64,000 bases of DNA, from the NCBI RefSeq assembly GCF_009914755.1, contig NC_060932.1; one strand, 5' to 3'. The notes beneath the pieces are model-generated. The model was not told the DNA's origin. It saw only the letters and a list, made by a program, of their open reading frames with translations, and made no database searches. The position numbers and the translations under genes were made by a program. The stretch is from the human T2T-CHM13v2.0 reference genome, Homo sapiens. Shown piece by piece: positions 16,298 through 33,647 of the stretch; positions within the stretch are counted from its first letter, which is position 1, and each line of letters begins with the position of its first letter.

Positions 16298-17315
16298 TGA
16301 AATGGGAAAAGTTCTGTTGTCCCCCTCGAAGGGCATGCGATGCGGGTGTGGTTCGTTTATTCAGTGCCCCACTGCTCAAACCTCTAGGAGAGCATGCAGA
16401 CAGGCAGGGAGACCCATGGCAGTGTCCAGGGGTGAATGTTTATAGTTGAAGCCCCAGTGGGCGTGTGTTACAGGGTGCTCTTTTAGTTTAGCCGTCTGTA
16501 GGTAGCTTGTGTTAGTCGGCTCAATTAGACCCCTGCCTTATTGCAAGGAGAGAGGGCTCTCTTTGTCCCGGGGTTCTTGCCTTGGTGTACCAGAAGTGGT
16601 GTGATCTCAGCTCACTGCAAGCTCCTACTCCTGGGTTCACGCCATTCTCCTGCCTCAGCCTTCCAAGTAGCTGGGACTACAGGCACCCGCCACCACGCCT
16701 GGCTAATTTTTTTGTATTTTTAGTAGAGATGGGGTTTCACTGTGTTAGCCAGGATGGTCTGGATCTCCTGACCTCGTGATCTGCCCGCCTCGGCCTCCCA
16801 AAGTTCTGGGATTACAGGCGTGAGAGTGCAAGGTTTTATTGAGTGGAAGTATCTCTCAGCAGATGGGCGTGCCAGAAGGGAGATGGTTTACCCCTGGAGT
16901 TGGATGAGTGGCCGGACTCTTCTCCGAATGTCCCAGCCAAACTCTGCGTTGTTCTGCAGTCAGTGGCCTGCGGTGTGACGGTGCCCATTGGTGCGTTCCT
17001 GTTGAAGTCCAGCACCCTTGTGTTCCTCTGCTGATGTGCTCCTCTCAAAGTCCAGCTGCCTGTGTCTGCCTGCTAGGGTCTCAGGGTTTTTATAGGCACA
17101 GAATGGGGGTGTGGCAGCCAGGGTGGTCTTGGGAAATGCAACATCTGGGCAGGAAAACAAAAATGCCAGTCCTCACCTAGGTCCGTGGACACAGGCCCTG
17201 GGGTGGAGCCCTAGCCAGGGACCACACCCTCCTCTACCCAGTACTTCCCTTCCTCACTTCCATATCATTTAAAGGGACCACATTCTTCCCTTCTGAGCAC
17301 TTCCCTTCTGTATCA
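16298..17315 (-). mobile_element. LTR1-family (ERV1) solo LTR
   Basis: Minus-strand start TGATACAGAAGGGAAGTGCT...GTCCCTTTAAATGATA, end ...CTTTTCCCATTTCA; 4-bp TSD caga/caaa. Confidence 0.75.
16595..16824 (-). mobile_element. AluY internal fragment, no tail and no TSD, inside LTR1
   Basis: AluY-diagnostic gcaagctcc and gttagccaggatggtc; truncated at both ends. Confidence 0.88.
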
Positions 17316-17542
17316 CAAAGTTTTGGGATTATAGGCATGAGGCACTGGTCCCAGCCAATTCCGTTCTTTTAATGCAAACTAGAAAATAGGTGTTCAGAAA
17401 GGCCTGCCCTATCCACCTCAGGGAGTTGCTATGAAGATCAAATTAGACCATGTGCAACAGAAGTTTAGAAAAGATTCCAAAAGCACTGTGCAATGGGAAT
17501 GTATTTTTAAACTCCACTGAGTGGACTTAAAACTATGGTTTT

Positions 17543-17862
<320 letters not shown>

Positions 17863-18043
17863 ACGTGTGTTTCTTTTTCAAGCAAGAAAACAAATGCCTC
17901 TCCCCAGCGCTCACTAAACAAATCCCTCTGTTATTTTTTTTTCCATAGGATTCTTATCCTTCTTGCCCCACTGCAAACAATCTATTTTCTTTTGGCCCTT
18001 CCGTCTGTCTGTGAAAGGGTCAGGCTTTCTAGCTAACCCTTAA

Positions 18044-19150
<1,107 letters not shown>

Positions 19151-19519
19151 CATCGTCATTTTCTTCCCTACCTCAGAAATAAAGAAGTTAACTTCAACCC
19201 CTCTGAGAGAGAGAGGCTTCCTGAGCTTCCAACAATCAATTATCCAAATATTAGTCACAGAAGGGCACTAAGGGTTGTGCACAGCACGTGGCCAGCCCAT
19301 TCTCTGAGTCTGTCAAGTTTAAGGTGAACGCTAATCCTGAATGAGTCTTAAAATGTACTTGGCATATCCTGTTCATTGTAAAATGTTCTCACATTGTGAT
19401 GGCTGGGGCTTCCCTCTCAGGTGTAATCTGCGAAGTCAGACGTGACACAGCCTGGGTGAGGTGGGCCAAGCCGGGAACTGGGTTAGGAGGGAAGCTGGGG
19501 AATGATCTCCAAGGTCTCA

Positions 19520-20177
<658 letters not shown>

Positions 20178-20918
20178 CATTTAAGGCACACTTGAATGGG
20201 GGAGCAGTGAGGTGGCGCGGGCTAGCCGGCCAGAACCCAGGGGTGGGCCAGTAGGAACCAGCATTGCAGAGGCCATTAAGGCTGGGAAGCATAGTGTCTG
20301 GGGCCCATAACAATGCTTCGGCATGAATGCTTTAGACCTAAGACAATTGGCTCCTAAATGTGAAAACTGCAAGGCTGAAATGAATGCATGTTTAATGCCT
20401 TACAACATTGTCAAGTGATCAGCTGCAACTCCTTTCTGAGGGCATGATGCCTGAGATATGCCTGTAATGCGGGTTGATTTTAATTAATTTAATATGGTGT
20501 GGAGTGGGGCCTTCAAAAGTAAAGACGTCAGTTCTAAGTTGGTTGCAGGGTTCTGGGCAAAGGTCTTAAAACCCCATGGTGAGCAGATGGCCAATCCTGA
20601 ACACCCCAATTTTAAAACAGGGCTTTTTTTCCAAGAGACTTTTTGAAAATAGCTCCTATTTTGAGAGGAGGAACCCTGGCAGGAGAGAGCCAGAGTTAAG
20701 CCCAGCTGAGAGGGGGTTGGTAGGCAGGGGCCTGCCTGATCCTCACTGAAGCTTGATACTCAGGGTGAGCTTCCTAAACCAGTGCAGATTTGCCGGCCCA
20801 CTGAGCCTCCCAGATGAGAACCTGCATTTCAACAAGGTCCTTGATGCAGCAAAGTTTGAGATATACTGGGCTAGAACACTCAGGGGACACAAAGGTTCTC
20901 TGAAAACTAAGGAAAATA

Positions 20919-21564
<646 letters not shown>

Positions 21565-21729
21565 ATACTGGGCTAGAAGACCCAGGAGACCCGAAGATTC
21601 TCTCAAAACTAAGGAAAATAATCTAGGTCACAAATATATTCTCTTCCTCCTTCTCCCCATTGCCCCCCTTCACCAGTAATCTTTATAGACTCAAATCGAG
21701 TTGATGTTCTATAATCAATTCTAGTCACT

Positions 21730-21870
21730 TTTATTTGTATTTATTTATTTTAGAGATGGGGGTCTCACTCTGTTGCTCAGGCTGGTCTCAAATTCCTGGG
21801 CTTAAGTGATCCACCCACCTAGGTCTCCCAAAGTGCTGGGATTACAGGCATCAGCCACTGCACCCGGCTG
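21730..21870 (-). mobile_element. FLAM/Alu monomer
   Basis: Single Alu arm, reverse complement. Confidence 0.85.
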
Positions 21871-22227
21871 TCACTTTTATTTTTGATGTTCAAGTTATAA
21901 GCTAATACCTGTGAGACCATAGATTCTTTTTATGCACTCAATACACTTTCTTGTTTACCTTATATTTGTATTATGGAAAAGTTCTGTTTTTTCCACTTGT
22001 TTATATTTGATAATGAAGCCCTCTGTGCCTATCACCAGCCTCAGCCGCCATCATCTCATTACCAAGCTGGGTTATTTTGAAACAAATATCTTCTAATATT
22101 TAGCCGGTGTTCAAATTTCCCTAACCATCCTAAAGGAATGTTTAGAACAGTTGTTTCATTGGAAAGAAGGTCAAAACAAATACATTTTACATTTTTAGGC
22201 CAGTCTTGAAAGTAAGTGTAAAACCAT

Positions 22228-22305
22228 GTGTGGGGTAGGAGGTGGGACTAGACTCTCAAGGTGGGGCCTGGATACCAGACCCAGTTGAGGACTAGCTAAG
22301 ACAGA
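22228..22305 (+). mobile_element. ERV1 (MER4-group) LTR 5' fragment
   Basis: tgtggggtaggaggtgggactagactc...gttgaggactagctaagacag resembles the start of MER4-group LTRs; subfamily unsure. Confidence 0.45.
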
Positions 22306-22419
22306 TTCCACAGTGAATAACACCAGGAGGTGGGAATATTAAGGTCCATTGTGAAGGATGGCTACCACAATTTTTTGATCAACTAGTTATCAACCCTGAC
22401 TGAAGCTGAGAGAGATTTG

Positions 22420-22560
22420 TTTTTGCTTTTTTTTCTTTTTTTTCAGAGACAGGGTCTTGCTACGTTGCCCAGGCTGGACTCAAACTCCTGGGCTCAGGTG
22501 ATTCTTCTGCCTTAGCCTCCTGAGTAGCTGAGACTACAGGTGTGTGCCACTGTGCCCAGC
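22420..22560 (-). mobile_element. FLAM/Alu monomer
   Basis: Single Alu arm, reverse complement. Confidence 0.85.
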
Positions 22561-23399
22561 AAGATTTTAAAAAATACGTATGCCCGGACACCACTCTAAA
22601 CCAACTAAATGAGAATCAGATATCGTGAAGTCACTAATCATTTTGCTCCTGGGTCTTTATGACAGTTTTGCTCCTGGGAAACTCTTGGGAATGTGGTAGA
22701 GAGAGAGAAAGAGATGGGAAAATAAGATTTTAAGAAGTGTTGCTATGCATTTTGAAAATAATTTTTATTTGGTGTTTGTCTTGAGGGAAGGCGGTAAACA
22801 TTTCAATTGCCTTTAAGTGTGCTTGGATGCTGGAACGATGGTTCTTTGAATGCAGCGTCAAACTGGCATTGGGTCACATGGCAGCCAGCATTAACCTTTA
22901 TGCCACATTTATAAAACATGAATGTCATGAGCCCACTCTCAGAGACCTTATAATTTGGAGGGTTAGGTCAGATCCACAAATCTCTTCTATCTCATGGTAA
23001 AGGAAACCTGGCGTGTAGCAGGAGATGGTGTGATAACAATAATATATCGCATGATCAGTATTTGTATTCTTCTTATCAATATTAAACTTTTTGACCTCCT
23101 CCATTGTGTCATCAATTTGCTTAATACAGTTTCTGCCTCAGCGTCTGTTTTTAGGCCTGGCATAAGCTGTTTGAAACCCAGGCACATACCCCACCCATCA
23201 TCTTTGGCCTAGTTAACACCTCCCCTCCCTGCGTGGTGGTTTGGAGAACCTGCTTGTTCCTCATCCCACTGATCCCAAACCCAGGACACCCCACAGCTGC
23301 TGACCAGGATTAAACCTAAGGGAGATTTAATGCCGTTAAATCAGAAGAAATTCTGATTCTCAGGGACTGACATTCATTCACTTAAATACTTGCAGAGTC

Positions 23400-23713
<314 letters not shown>

Positions 23714-24200
23714 TTAGGAAACCATGTAGTCTACAGTTTGATGCAATGTCTTCCTTTTCCTCTTTCTCAAATATTTTGAGCCAGGTACTATCCTAGATTG
23801 TCTTGTGATATTTACAATCTAGGAGAAGGCAGGAGAGAGAACTAAGAACAGAGAGCATGTTCTGAGATGTCTGCTGTGTTTGCAGGTACCTTCCCTCAAT
23901 TTCCCTACTCACTGGCCATGCTGGAAAGCAGGTCTTGGAGCCATATTTGTACCATGGTACTTCCCCTCCCTATACTCAATTGGTTGGCCAGAAGCCCAAT
24001 TGTCATTCTCTCTCTCTCTCTCCCTCTCCCTCTCTTCCTTCCTCCCTCCCTCCCTCTCCAAGATATCCAGTAACTGATTGATCAGCTGGCGGTGGGCTCT
24101 GCTGGCTGCCAGGGTGGGCCACCAGCAAAAAGGGAAAATTGGTTGTGAGTGAGAAGAAGAGATAAGAAAGTCCACAGGGCTGATAAGAAAGACCATGGGC

Positions 24201-24523
24201 TTCCAGGTGCGGTGGTTCACGCCTGTAATCCCAGCACTTTGGGAAGCCAGGATGGCCGGATCACGAGGTCAGGAGATCGAGACCATCCTGGCTCACACGG
24301 TGAAAGCCCATCTCTACTAAAAATACAAAAATTAGCTGGGTGTGGTGGCGGGTGCCTGTAGCCCCAGCTAATTGGGAGGCTGAGGTGGGAGAATGGCGTT
24401 AACCCCAGGAGGTGCAGCTTGCAGTGAACTGAGATTGCACCACTGCACTCCAGCCTGGGCGACAGAGCGAGACTCCGTCTCAAAAAAAAAAAAAAAAAAG
24501 AAGAAAAAAAGAAAAAAAAGAAA
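24201..24523 (+). mobile_element. AluY
   Basis: ggagatcgagaccatcctggct and gaatggcgt; TSD agaccatgggc. Confidence 0.93.
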
Positions 24524-25054
24524 GAGACCATGGGCTTCTGAGAGCAAGAAAGAGGAATTTTGGTTTCTGTAACTGCAGTTTCCATTCTCTCATGGCCTCT
24601 CATTTGTTTCTTGTGCCCATGAGTTTGCCTGTTAGAGATAAGGTGTGTTTCTTGTCCTCAAGCTCATGCAAATGGGTTTCTGTTTCTTACAATCATTGTT
24701 CCCAGATATGGATGGTGACTGATGCTCTACTAAATGCTGAAAAAAGGCAGAGTGGAAGCACAGAAAAGCGGGCTTCTCTGAGGAGGTGACGTTAGAGCCC
24801 AGTTGGAAGGCAGGAGTAAATGTGCACCATGATTTTTTAGGATTAAAACCAAGTATGTCACTGCTTGGGCACATGTAGATAGAGGTGATTTAACGGTAAA
24901 GTGTCCCAGTTGTACCCATTGTCAGTTAGCTCACCACAGGGATTATGTAGCCCTGAGTTTGCTTAGTGCTTATTTATTTTAGGATGTTGTTTATCCAAAC
25001 CTCTTAAATGATACGTGTTTGGAACAAGTAACAGCATCGTTCATTGATGTTGTG

Positions 25055-25210
25055 GACAAACCACTATTTTGTTACTCAAGACTGGGTAATTTATAAAGAA
25101 AAAGAGGTTTAATGGGCTCACAGTTCCATGTGGCTGAAGAAGTCTCGAAATCATGGTGGAAGGCAAAAGGAATGTCTTACATGGTGGCAGACAAGAGTGA
25201 TGAGAGCTAT
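25055..25210. mobile_element. THE1/MST (MaLR) LTR fragment
   Basis: gactgggtaatttataaagaaaaagaggtttaatgg.ctcacagttccat...tcttacatggtggcagacaagag. Confidence 0.8.
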
Positions 25211-25299
25211 TTTGCTCATTGTTCGCTGGCCATAGAATTTACTTCTATATTGTGAACTGAGAGCCAGGCACACAAGACGGTTACAGGTCTGTCTTTTGT

Positions 25300-25303
<4 letters not shown>

Positions 25304-25345
<42 letters not shown>
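25304..25345 (+). repeat. (GAT)14 microsatellite
   Basis: Perfect trinucleotide run. Confidence 0.95.
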
Positions 25346-25348
<3 letters not shown>

Positions 25349-25431
25349 ATGGCTGACATGGTTGATGACTTGCTTTTTCTCATCATCTCAGACCTAGATT
25401 TTTGGCTGGACTATTGGCTTGGGATAGATGA

Positions 25432-25947
<516 letters not shown>

Positions 25948-27442
25948 ATTTCCTCTTATACCATAAGTCATTGCCTGCAGATGTGTTTTCTCCATTAGTT
26001 TGCAAAAGCTTCCTGAGAGTAGGTCTGTGCCTCATTTATTCTGGAATCTCCCTGGCACAAAGCACAGGGCTTTATCTTCAGTAGGCATCCAACAAATGTT
26101 TCATTTCATTCAACAGCTCCTCTTACCACTGCCTCCACCTTATTTGCAGGTGGCTAAGTACAATCGGAACAAGTAGGTATCATAAGATTTAGTCCAGAGT
26201 CAATTTGAGAAGAAATTACTTTAGTGATATGAAAATAAACCATGCTATTGAGTCAGAATACTTCTGAGAATATCCCCTGTCCAAGCATTTGCTGAATTTC
26301 TATGTACTAATTTTCAGGTGGAACAGTATGCTTGCAGAGGGTCCATTTGGACATAGATACACTTTCATACATTCATGTCTTTAACAAGAATTTGTGTCCC
26401 TACTGTGTTTGTTCACTAACTCCTTTGAACCTACCACATAAGCTATATCTGTATTTTCCTTGTAATTTGGGAGGTCCAGTGCTTCATTACGCTCATATGC
26501 CTGAAACTAATGAAGAAAATAGCTCGTTAACCAGCTAGTATAAAAGTAGCCACCAAATCAAGTCAATCACCTGCCTTAAATTAGCCCAGTACTCCCATCT
26601 TGAGCGGAGAAGCCCATTCTGAATCACAGTCAAGACATTGATGGAAAAACAACTCCCTCTGGGGATCAAAACCACGCTCACTCCAAATCCTCCTCCCCAG
26701 AGTTCTACTCATTGCTCACCCACTGAACCCAGAACTAACCAGAAGTGCTTGAAATGAGGACGGGTAGCTCCATGTACCAATCGGAATTTAAAACTCTATC
26801 AATTCCTGCTATAGAAATGAGGCTTCTCCCCAGGACCAGCATTCCACGAAGGCAGCCCTTTTCTAGATGGAGAAAACAGAACCTGAAGACACCCGTTTCC
26901 CTAAACTGCTCTCGCTCATGTGTAAGTACAAATGAAAAATGGTGAGGCTGCTTCTGTTGGCATTGCTTTTTAATTATGGCCATCAATAAATCATTTTGTC
27001 CTTGAACAAGACTTGAGAATGACCCGAAGGCAGAGGCACAATTCCTTAGGAATTAGGCCAACAGAGAATGGGCTATCTCTCTTCCCACCCCTTCTCTTAC
27101 TCTGCTGTCAGAAACAGAAACGTTCTCTGTGAGTAGCTGGGAGTAGACGGCCACACTTGAGTTCCATCTCGGGGTTCTGTTAACACAGTTTTACCCCATC
27201 CTGCCTCGATGGCCACTGCCACACAAGCTGCATCTGTTCTTTCTTCTGCGCCTTTTGTTACTTCATTGTTTTTCCTCTTTCTAGTGTAGTGAGCTGAATG
27301 GTGGCTTTGCACAATATATATCCAGATCCTTGTGCCTAGAATCTGTGGAGGTGGCATTATTTGGAAAAAGGGTCTTTGCAGATGTAATTAAGTTAAGGAT
27401 CTCGAGATTATCCTGGAGTAATTTAGGTAGGCTGTACATCTA

Positions 27443-28185
<743 letters not shown>

Positions 28186-28836
28186 TTCCTGTCTTCTTAT
28201 ATTCATAAGAAAAATAAAATGAAATAGTGGTAAAGTATTGGGATGGTGAAAATTTTTGGGGGGTGTTATGGAGAGACAATGGGCGATGTTTCTCAGGGCT
28301 GCTTCCAGTGGGATTGGGGTGGCATGGGAACCTAGAGTAGGAGAGATTAAGCTGAAAGAAGATTTTGTGGTAAGGGGTGATATTGTGGGGTTGTTAGAAG
28401 AAACATTTTTCATTTAAAATTATTGGTGATGGCCTGGATACAGTTTTGTATGAATTGAAAAACTAAACAGAATAAGAGAAGGAGAAAAACAGGTATTAAA
28501 GGACTAAGAATTGGGAGGACCTAGGACATCTAATTAGAGAGTGCCTAAGGAGGTTCAGCATAGCCTTGCCAGCAAAGATTATTTAAGAGTTAAGAGTGGT
28601 GGTTTGGGGATAGCACCAGGAGATGTCAGCTGTGATGGCTTGGAGAAACAGTGTAAACCACCAGTGTAAACAAGAGCAGGGCATATATGAGTAGTTGAGA
28701 ATGGTGAATAGGAGTATGGCTAGACAGAAGATAGTAGGGATGAGAAGTTTTTTGGGGCACAGTCCAAGTTGGTCTTGTGTCTGGAATGAGACTGGAGCCT
28801 AACAAAAAGGAGTGTCTATACAGGAGATCCAAGGGG

Positions 28837-29903
28837 TATCGGGGGACCTGCCCCGATAATCACGTAGGTTCTTCTCTATTTTCCTAAGCATTGACTGGCT
28901 TGAGAAATAAAAGGACAGAGTACAAAAGAGAGAAATTTTAAAGCTGGGCGTCCGGGGGAGACATCACACATTGGTAGGATCCATGATGCCCCACAAGCCA
29001 CAAAAACCAGCAAGTTTTTATTAGGGAGTTTCAAAAGGGGAGGGAGTATACGAATAGGTGTGGGTGACAGACATCAAGTACTTAACAGGGTAATAGAATA
29101 TCACAAGGCAAGTGGAGACAGGGCGAGATCACAGGACCACAGGACCGAAGTGAAATTTAAATTGCTAATGAAGTTTTGGCACCATTGTCATTGATAACAT
29201 CTTATCAGGAGACAGGGTTTTGAGATCAACCGGTCTGACCAAAGTTTATTAGGCGGGAATTTCCTCTTCCTAATAAGCCTGGGAGCGCTATGGGAGACTG
29301 CAGTTTATTTCACCTCTGCAATCTCGACCTTAAGAGACAGGTAAGCCCCGGGGGGCCAGTTCAGAGACCTACCCCTAGGTGCGCATTCTCTTTCTCAGGG
29401 ACGTTCCATGCTGAGAAAGGAATTCAGTGATATTTCTCCCATTTGCTTTTGAAAGAAGAGAAATATGGCTCTGTTCTGCCGGGCTCACCAGCGGTCAGAG
29501 TTTAAGGTTATCTCTCTTATTCCCTGAACGACTGCGGTTATCCTGTTCTTTTTTCAGGATGTCCACATTTCATATTGCTCAAACACACATGCTGTACAAT
29601 TTGTGTACTTAACGCAATTATTACAGGGTCCTGAGACGATATACATCCTTCTCGGCTGACAGGATTAAGAGATTAAAGCAAAGACAGGCATAGGAAATCA
29701 CAAGGATATCGATTGGGGAAGTGATAAGTGTCCATGAAATCTTTACAATTTATGTTTAGAGATTGCAGTAAAGTCAGGCATAAGAAATTACAAAAGTATT
29801 AATTTGGGGAACTAATAAATGTCCATAAAATCTTCACAATCCACGTTCTTCTGCCATGGCTTCAGCCTGTCCCTCCGTTTGGGGTCCCTGACTTCCTGCA
29901 ACA
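28837..29903 (-). mobile_element. MER11 (HML-8) solo LTR, MER11C-like
   Basis: TGTTGCAGGAAGTCAGGGACCCC...GGTCCCCCGATA, 1067 bp; 6-bp TSD aagggg/aatggg inside HERV-H. Confidence 0.88.
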
Positions 29904-31062
29904 AATGGGCTGTACCTTGTAGCATTCCAAGGACAGGCCGGAATTCTGAGAAGGGAAAGTGGTAAAAGTATTGTCCAGTCGTTTTTAAGTTGGTGGCTGA
30001 GCTTGGTAAGGTGTGTTTTTAAAAGACCATCAGTCTGTTCTACCTTTCCTGAAGATTGAGGACTGTAAGGGATATAAAGGTTTCACTGAATACTAAGAGC
30101 CTGAAAAAATGCTTGGCTGACTTGATTACTAAAGGCAGGTCTGCTATCGGACTGTATAGAGGTGGGAAGGCCAAACTGAGGAATTATGTCTGACAGAAGA
30201 GAAGAAATGACCGTGGTGGCCTTCTTAGACCCTGTGGGAAAGGCCTCTACTTATCCAGTGAAAGTGTCTACCTAGACCAAGAGGTATTTTAGTTTCCTGA
30301 CTCGGGGCACGTTGAGTAAAGCTAATTTGCCAGTCCTGGGTGGGGGCAAATCCCTGAGCTTGATGTGTAGGGAAGGGAGGGGGCCTGAAGAATCCCTGAG
30401 GAGTAGTAGAATAGCTGATGGAACACTGAGAAGTTATTTCCTTGAGGATAGATTTCCACGATGGAAAGGAAATGAGAGGTTCTAAGAGGCGGGCTAGTGG
30501 CTTGTACTATAGCATACCCTGCTTTTGCTGGTGTGTGGCAATTAGGCCTGGTGGAACTGCCATCAATAAACTAAGTGTGGTAAGGGTGAGAAACAGGGAA
30601 GAAGGAAATGTGGGGAAATGGGGTGAACGTCAGGTGGATCAGAGAGATGCAGTCATGAGGGTCAGGTGTGGTATCAGGAATAATGGGGGAGGCCGGATTG
30701 AAGTCTGGGCCAGGAACAATGGTAATTGTGGGAGACTCAACAAAGAGTGAGTACAGCAGAAGGAGCCGGCGAGCAGAATGTATATGTGGCAGGTGTGAGG
30801 AAGACAATAGATTTTGGAAATTATGAGAGCTGTAGAGAGTGAGTTGAGCATAGTTTCTGATTTTAAGGGCCTTTAAAAGTATTAGGGTGGCAGCAGCTGC
30901 TGCACGGAGACACAACGGCCAACCTAAAACAGTAAGGTCAAGTTGTTTGGACAAAAAGGCTACAGGACGCCATCCTGGTCCTTGTGTAAGAATTTCAACT
31001 GCACAGCGCTGCACTTCGGCTGCGTGTAATGAAAAGGGTTGGGATGAGTCACGGAGAGCTAG
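29904..31062 (-). pseudogene. HERV-H pol middle part (RT connection/tether to IN remnants)
   Basis: ORF 30571-31086 QPFSLH...RPVAFLSKQLDLTVLGWP..LRAAAAA. Confidence 0.85.
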
Positions 31063-31559
31063 TGTAGCAGGACGAGTTCCAGACAAAACTCCTCAGACAC
31101 TAGATTAAAGAAGGAAGAGGTTTTTTTATTCGGCCGGGAGCGTTGGCAGACTCGTGTCTTAAGAGCCGAGCTCCCTGAAAAAGAAATTCCTAGCCCTTTT
31201 AAGGGCTGACAACTCTAAGGGTTCTACGTGAAAAAGTCATAATAGATCAAGGAAGCTTGAGGAACATGACTGGGGGCTACATACATCAGCTAACAGAACA
31301 AAAAGTTTTTACAGTGCTTTCTCATACAATGTCTGGGATTTACCGATAACAACAGTAGTTTTGGTCAGGGGTTAATATTATTGTTACTTTAACCACCAGG
31401 GCCAGGTGGTGGCGCCAAAGTCGTCTAGGTATTTATTTTACTTCTGTTTTTTCCAGCTTTTTGCTTTCTCCCTTTTTTGCTGTCTTATAAACTAGGGAAA
31501 AGGGGAGGTTGGGGAGAAACTGGGAAGGACAACAGGAGAAGTGGTGGTCTCATACCATA
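31063..31559 (-). mobile_element. HERV-E 3' LTR (LTR2C-like)
   Basis: TATGGTATGAGACCACCACTTCTCC...AATAAA...TCGTCCTGCTACA, preceded by PPT aaagggggaaaa. Confidence 0.88.
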
Positions 31560-31586
31560 TTTTCCCCCTTTGAGCATTTTCACTTT

Positions 31587-33625
31587 TTAGTGGGAGTTCT
31601 CACTCTCATCTTTACTTTTTGAGTCTCTTTGTGAGATAGAGCGATAGTGATTTATATAACACACGTGTGCTGAAGTTTTCTGATGAACCAAAGTAGCAAC
31701 AAAATCTTTTATCATTTGAAAAAGCAAGAGTAATACACAGGGGAGCAGCAAGTAAGTTCCTATCACTAGCAATACACCTACAATGAGGGTTTTAAATCCT
31801 CCTATAGCTGGAAACCATTTTTCAAATAAAGACTCAGGATTAAACTCGTGCCAAACCTCTACAGGCACATGTGCAACCTTTGTCATGTCCCTGACTATGT
31901 TTTTAACCATCTGTCCTTGATCATTTATTTGTAGGCAGCAGTTGGTTAAGTTAAATTTTCCACAAACTCCTTCAGCTACTAGCAAGTAGTCTAAGGCCAG
32001 TCTTTTCTGATAGATAGCATTCCTCATTTGGGTTTCTTGCAAAGCTAAAACAGTCAAAGCTCTGCCAGTTTCATTAGTAATTATTTCTTAGACGGACTGC
32101 AACCGTATGATCCAGTTGAGCATGTAGATGGGGGTTTGGTATCCCCATGAGCCATCTTGTGCCCCTGTGGCAGGCCCATAATACTGAATGATCCTTTCAG
32201 GGGGCCACTCATTATCTTTCCAGTTTCCTATAACTATGCCTTTATTTTCTCAGGAGGCATAGACAGGGAAACCTATGAGCTCACCCATTTTTATGGGTAA
32301 TAAGAAAAAGGACGGCTTAATAGTGCCAATAACACAACTGTCTGCCCATTTATTAGGTAACCGAATGTAGGCTCTGTGCCTACGTATCTAGTATAGTCCA
32401 GTGGGAACCGTCCAGTCCTAATGAGATTCTGCATGAGCCTAAGCAGTTTTTAATTTAGAAAATTTACTAAATGGATTCTTTTCAGTGTGGGTTAGGCCCT
32501 ACTAAGTAATTGTCTTTGTTGTGCTGTTATACAACTTCTGTCCTATACAATTAAGCTTTCCTACAGGGATGATAAAGTCTTTCCCTTCTCTAGCTATACA
32601 GTATTGTCTAATAATTGAGGTTTTAGGACCTAGAAGTTGCTAGCTTGGGCCTTCTGAACTGGAATTATATCAGGAGCTGGATCAGTAGACACCAACTCTC
32701 GGGCTTCCGAAGGCCATCTGTCTCCGATAGTGGTTCCTCCGCATACATAACAAGAAGTAACATTAAGGGAATTAGCTACATTTTCTGCTAATTGGAGAAA
32801 CAAATTTTTTGTCTTTTTCGGAAGTTCTGGTGTTGGCAGATTCAGCTCCTCATAAAACGTTTGAAATACTGTTTTGGGAGAGCACTTGTGGACCTCCCCT
32901 CTAATTAAAATGGCAACTTGAGGGTTTAACCCTGTCCTATTGATCCCCAGGGTTACGCGTTCTCCCTTTTTCCAAAGGGGATCTAGGGGATTGGTAATTA
33001 TTAGTTCTAGTGGGTTACAGTGACCGGCGGCCCAGGAGGGGTTGGCTTCTCCCTTCTGAAGATAAACCGAGTCATTTTTGTTCTTTTTTTAAGTAGCCTA
33101 AATAACACATGGCCAATAGGCACAATTTTTACAAACCCCTGACTCATGACAAACATATTTATTTTCTACTCTTTAGCTCCTTTCTCAGTTAAGAGAACCA
33201 TATCCTATTTCTAGCTTTTTACTATTAATGGCTGCACAAGCATCAGATCTTAAAGTTATTTGCTTGGGGATTTCTTTTTCTTCTGTTCTAGTTATTATTT
33301 TACTTGTATCACCTAGCAAAAGGCCAGTTCTTATTTCAAAAACGGTGGTTGCAGGGGGCTCAGATGGGCTATAACACGCATCAGGTCGGTCATTTCTCGG
33401 GCTACATACCTTGTACTGAGTGGCATTATACAAACAAGTTTCTTTTAATGTTTCCATACATTCATAATAACTATAGAACAGAAAGATTGTTTTAATTTGC
33501 TGTCCTACTTCGGTGACCTGATAAATACACTGGGAACAGTCCCCATTTTGAGTAAGGTTAGTTGAAGCCCTTACTGTATAAGTCCAAAATTTAAGAAAAA
33601 TGAATCTAACGATGAGCTTCCTCGT
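31587..33625 (-). pseudogene. env: HERV-E env, defective
   Basis: Start ATG changed to ACG at 33625; many SU stops; TM ORF 31587-32057 with [24 protein letters not shown] and a TM helix. Confidence 0.9.
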
Positions 33626-33647
33626 GCTTCGGCCATGCGTGGACCAG

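Larger units (their letters stand above)
16010..17357 (-). mobile_element. AluJ split by an LTR1 insertion
   Basis: ...cctgccttggcctctcaga | LTR | caaagttttgggattataggcatgagg...; the halves rejoin into one Alu. Confidence 0.85.
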
